From Lama glama (Eukaryota): a stretch of DNA of 64,000 nucleotides. Made by a program: the position numbers and the translations under genes. Within the stretch, counting starts at the first letter, position 1; every line of letters starts with the position of its first letter. Location of the stretch: positions 23,624,001-23,688,000 of the forward strand of contig CM052832.1 of the NCBI GenBank assembly GCA_028534125.1, in the 5' to 3' direction. Under the pieces are notes generated by a model. That model saw only the letters and a list, made by a program, of their open reading frames with translations. It did no database searches and was not told where the DNA came from. Below, piece by piece: positions 61,166-64,000 of this stretch.

Positions 61166-61525
61166 TCTGTGATATGATAGATTTTATTGTTTATTAAGAG
61201 AAATAAAATAAATGGATAGAAAGAAAAGCATTAATAGCACAAGTAAAAATCATGGCTAAAGTTTGGGAAACACTGGGGAAATAGTTACATAAGCTACATT
61301 GTGTTCAGCACAGTCCACTGTAAGATTTGTTTTTCTGATTCATTTTAGAGTATTTTATGATATATTTGAATTATTGTCTAACTAGTGCTTCACATGTATG
61401 TTTTCCAGATAACTGAACATTAAGATTTAAGTATACATAATTTTATTCACCTCTTATAGAAGGACTTCTGTCTAAAATGTGTTGTAATTTTCTGAAATGT
61501 GTCTAATTACCTAATCTCTCTAGAA

Positions 61526-61677
61526 TAGTGGTTCTCCAACTATAGCATACATCAGAATCTCTTGGGAGGGTTTGTTAGAACAGGTGAGCCCTACCTCCTG
61601 AATTTAGTAGGGCTGGGGTAGGGCCTTAGGTGATGCAGATGTAAATGGTGAAGGGACCGCATCTTGGGAACCACTAG
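61526..61677. mobile_element. MER5A-like hAT element
   Basis: TAGTGGTTCTCCAAC..CATCAGAATC..GGGAACCACTA inverted ends. Confidence 0.7.
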
Positions 61678-63049
61678 CATGAGGGTACACTGAGCTTAAT
61701 TTAACTTTTTTTTATGACTTCAGGTCATTTACCCTATAGCGGTATATTGAAGTATAGGGATATTTCTTTTTAATAATGGTTACAGGTCAATTTTATCATC
61801 TGTGTTTGTTTTTACTTTGAAGCTCAAGCATGCTTCAAGCTGTCATTCATTGTGCCACTGCTAATTCCTCTCTCACACTGTAATTTTCTTGTACTAACCT
61901 GCTGTGGGCTGAGGTTAAATTGGTTACGTTTTAGTTTAGGAAAGAGAAGGTCTCCAAGGAAAATTCATGAGTTTCAGTGTATGAACTTTATTGTATGCAT
62001 TTTGACTGTTCAGTTTTTACTAATTGCTCTCCACAGCATCTAATGCTGCCACACAAATGGCCTTTTGTTAAGTCTGGCGTTAATTTTAAATTGTTCTGTA
62101 CTTGTCTCTTAGGTGGGTAGGGATCACAGGAATCTCTGCTACTTTTAGTAGCTAAACACTTCAGAGGTAGTCCACAGAAGACTTGACACTAAATTCTTGC
62201 TAGAGTGCTTTAGCTAACTTGTCACTTCATATCAAGTTTATCTTAAGTTTTTTCTTTTTTAAACTAATGTCGTATCTTGAAAGCACTTGAGTCTTTTGGA
62301 ATATGAGAGGGGGTAAATAAATATTTAAATATGAGTAAAATAATAAGTATATTTTTTATAAATATTCAATCTTAAAGTAGACACATAATCTTTCTTTCCA
62401 AAGGAACTAGTACTGTGTAACCTTAGCATAGGAAAGGGAAACAGTGAACTTGTATTTTGCAGTAGTGAGTATTCTGGGATTGTTGCTTCAGTATTGTTAG
62501 AGAGCTTAGATTGTAGGTCTGTTCAAAATTTTTGTTTAGAGGAAAAATAATTACATATTTCCCAGTTGTTTTCCACACAATTGTTTTCAAACAATAAGGA
62601 AAATACTGTTCAAGTGCCTATGTCAGAGGTGTCTTCCACCTTTTCTCTTGACAGTATTTTTCAAGGCCTTTTTGTCTTGGGTTAGCTTTTCAAGGTAGAT
62701 TTGTGTATTCTGCCTTGATTTTAGCTACTGTTTTTTTGTACCTGCCAGTTTATTTTTTTCCTTCTGATACTACTCTGTGAAGGAAATTGCTGCCTAAAAC
62801 TGGTCACTTCGCCCCCATTTGTTTCTGCTAGCTTTTTTTCCCTCGTTAGTAGTAAAATTATCAGTGTATGTTTCTGTTATATTTTGTAAACTGCGAAGTG
62901 CTTTCACATTATTTAATTTGACCTTCATTATAATTTCTATGAGGTAGTAGTGGGGGGCGGTGTTACTCTTATTTTACCTAGCGTAAAGCAGAGTACAAGG
63001 AGGTACTCAAATTTCACCTTTGGTTTTACTAATCCCTGATAGACCACAG

Positions 63050-63205
63050 CCGTTGTGTTTGGACCTTGGGCAAGTTACTTAACTTCATTGTCTCTCTTCA
63101 TCTGTAAAGTGCGCTGTTAAAACCAATTTCATAAAGTTATTGTGAGGATTAAATTGAGTAATTTAATAATACGTATAAACTGCTGAGAACTGTCTGACAT
63201 GATGA
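63050..63205 (+). mobile_element. MIR SINE
   Basis: GACCTTGGGCAAGTTACTTAAC..CATCTGTAAAGTG..TGTGAGGATTAAAT. Confidence 0.8.
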
Positions 63206-63843
63206 ATGTTAATAATGCTGATAGTTGTTATACCACATCTTTCTCTCCCTTTAAAAGTTACTGTAATAAAATTCTTGATTTTCAGGCCACATTTGATACA
63301 ATGAAATTTTACATCCCCCCCCAAAAATTTAGATTATTTCTTGAGTTTATTATGATGAATTTAATTACCTTATTGCCTGCCTTTTTAAAAAAATCTCATT
63401 TTCGTTTCTCTAAATCTTTGTTCTTAAAGAATGTATAGTAAAATAATTGGGGAAGCTGTTGAAGGTATTGTTTATATTGCTTCTTTTAATATGTTGGGAT
63501 CAGGATGGATTTTTTTGGTCTGGGATTATAACATTTTAGTGCATATCTTATTACTAAATCTAAAATTTATGTTGCTTATTTGATGGCCTGTTAGAATTTT
63601 TTAAGGATAGAATAATATGGCCATTTGGAGCTCATGGACGCAAATGGAGGAAAGAAAAAAGTAGAATTTCATAATGTCTGGAATTTGTAAAATGCATTAT
63701 GTCAGCATTCACTTGAGTAACTGAATTTTAGGAAACTTTGTTGGAAACAGTTATGTTTTGCTTGGTATGGCATTCTCTAAATAGGTACTTACTTAAAAAA
63801 CATAAATTTCTAAAACTGCCTTCCATGTTTTTCCCCCCAACAG

Positions 63844-64000
63844 GGCATCCTTAGCAGGGTTACAGAATCTGTTAAGAATATTGTGCCAGGATGGCTTCAA
63901 AGATACTTCAACAAGAATGAAGATGTATGTAGCTGCTCAACAGACACAAGAGAGGTGCCACAGTGGCCGGAGAATAGGGAAGATGACCATGTGCTATATG
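63844..64000 (+). CDS. NUP153: NUP153 exon 2 (partial, runs off window); contains N-terminal membrane-binding amphipathic helix
   Basis: ttttccccccaacag|GGC ATC; GILSRVTESVKNIVPGWLQRYFNKNEDVCSCSTDTREVPQWPENREDDHVLY, in frame with exon 1. Confidence 0.96.

Noticed and set aside
1..64000. Prokaryotic-type systems (CRISPR array, operon, defence island) or KIF13B identity
   Set aside because: Spliceosomal introns and mammalian repeats throughout, with no repeat-spacer array; the kinesin lacks a C-terminal CAP-Gly domain and neighbours NUP153, as expected for KIF13A.

Overview
Mammalian genomic DNA, most likely a camelid, judged from the tRNA-Ala(AGC)-derived vic-1-type SINEs and the L1 3' ends. 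The + strand carries the 3' half of the kinesin-3 gene KIF13A as 19 coding exons (1904-29294). These splice in frame into 3000 nt (999 aa + stop), include two frame-preserving cassette-type exons (39 and 102 nt) and use one GC-AG intron. About 25 kb of repeat-rich intergenic DNA follows, then the CpG-island promoter, exon 1 (ATG 54445) and the start of exon 2 (63844 to window end) of NUP153, also on +. A 500-N assembly gap lies in a KIF13A intron. No prokaryotic-type system is present and most ORF-track entries are spurious. The best leads are: a 1-nt indel that re-frames the KIF13A C-terminus and places an AATAAA over an internal 5' splice site; a candidate alternative last exon; a microexon that duplicates the preceding exon's end; an L1 inserted about 25 nt from a splice acceptor; a candidate NUP153 poison exon; and an unexplained coding-like intergenic island. 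Protein and repeat identities come from recalled sequences, not from searches, and exon numbers are inferred from the human 39-exon structure.
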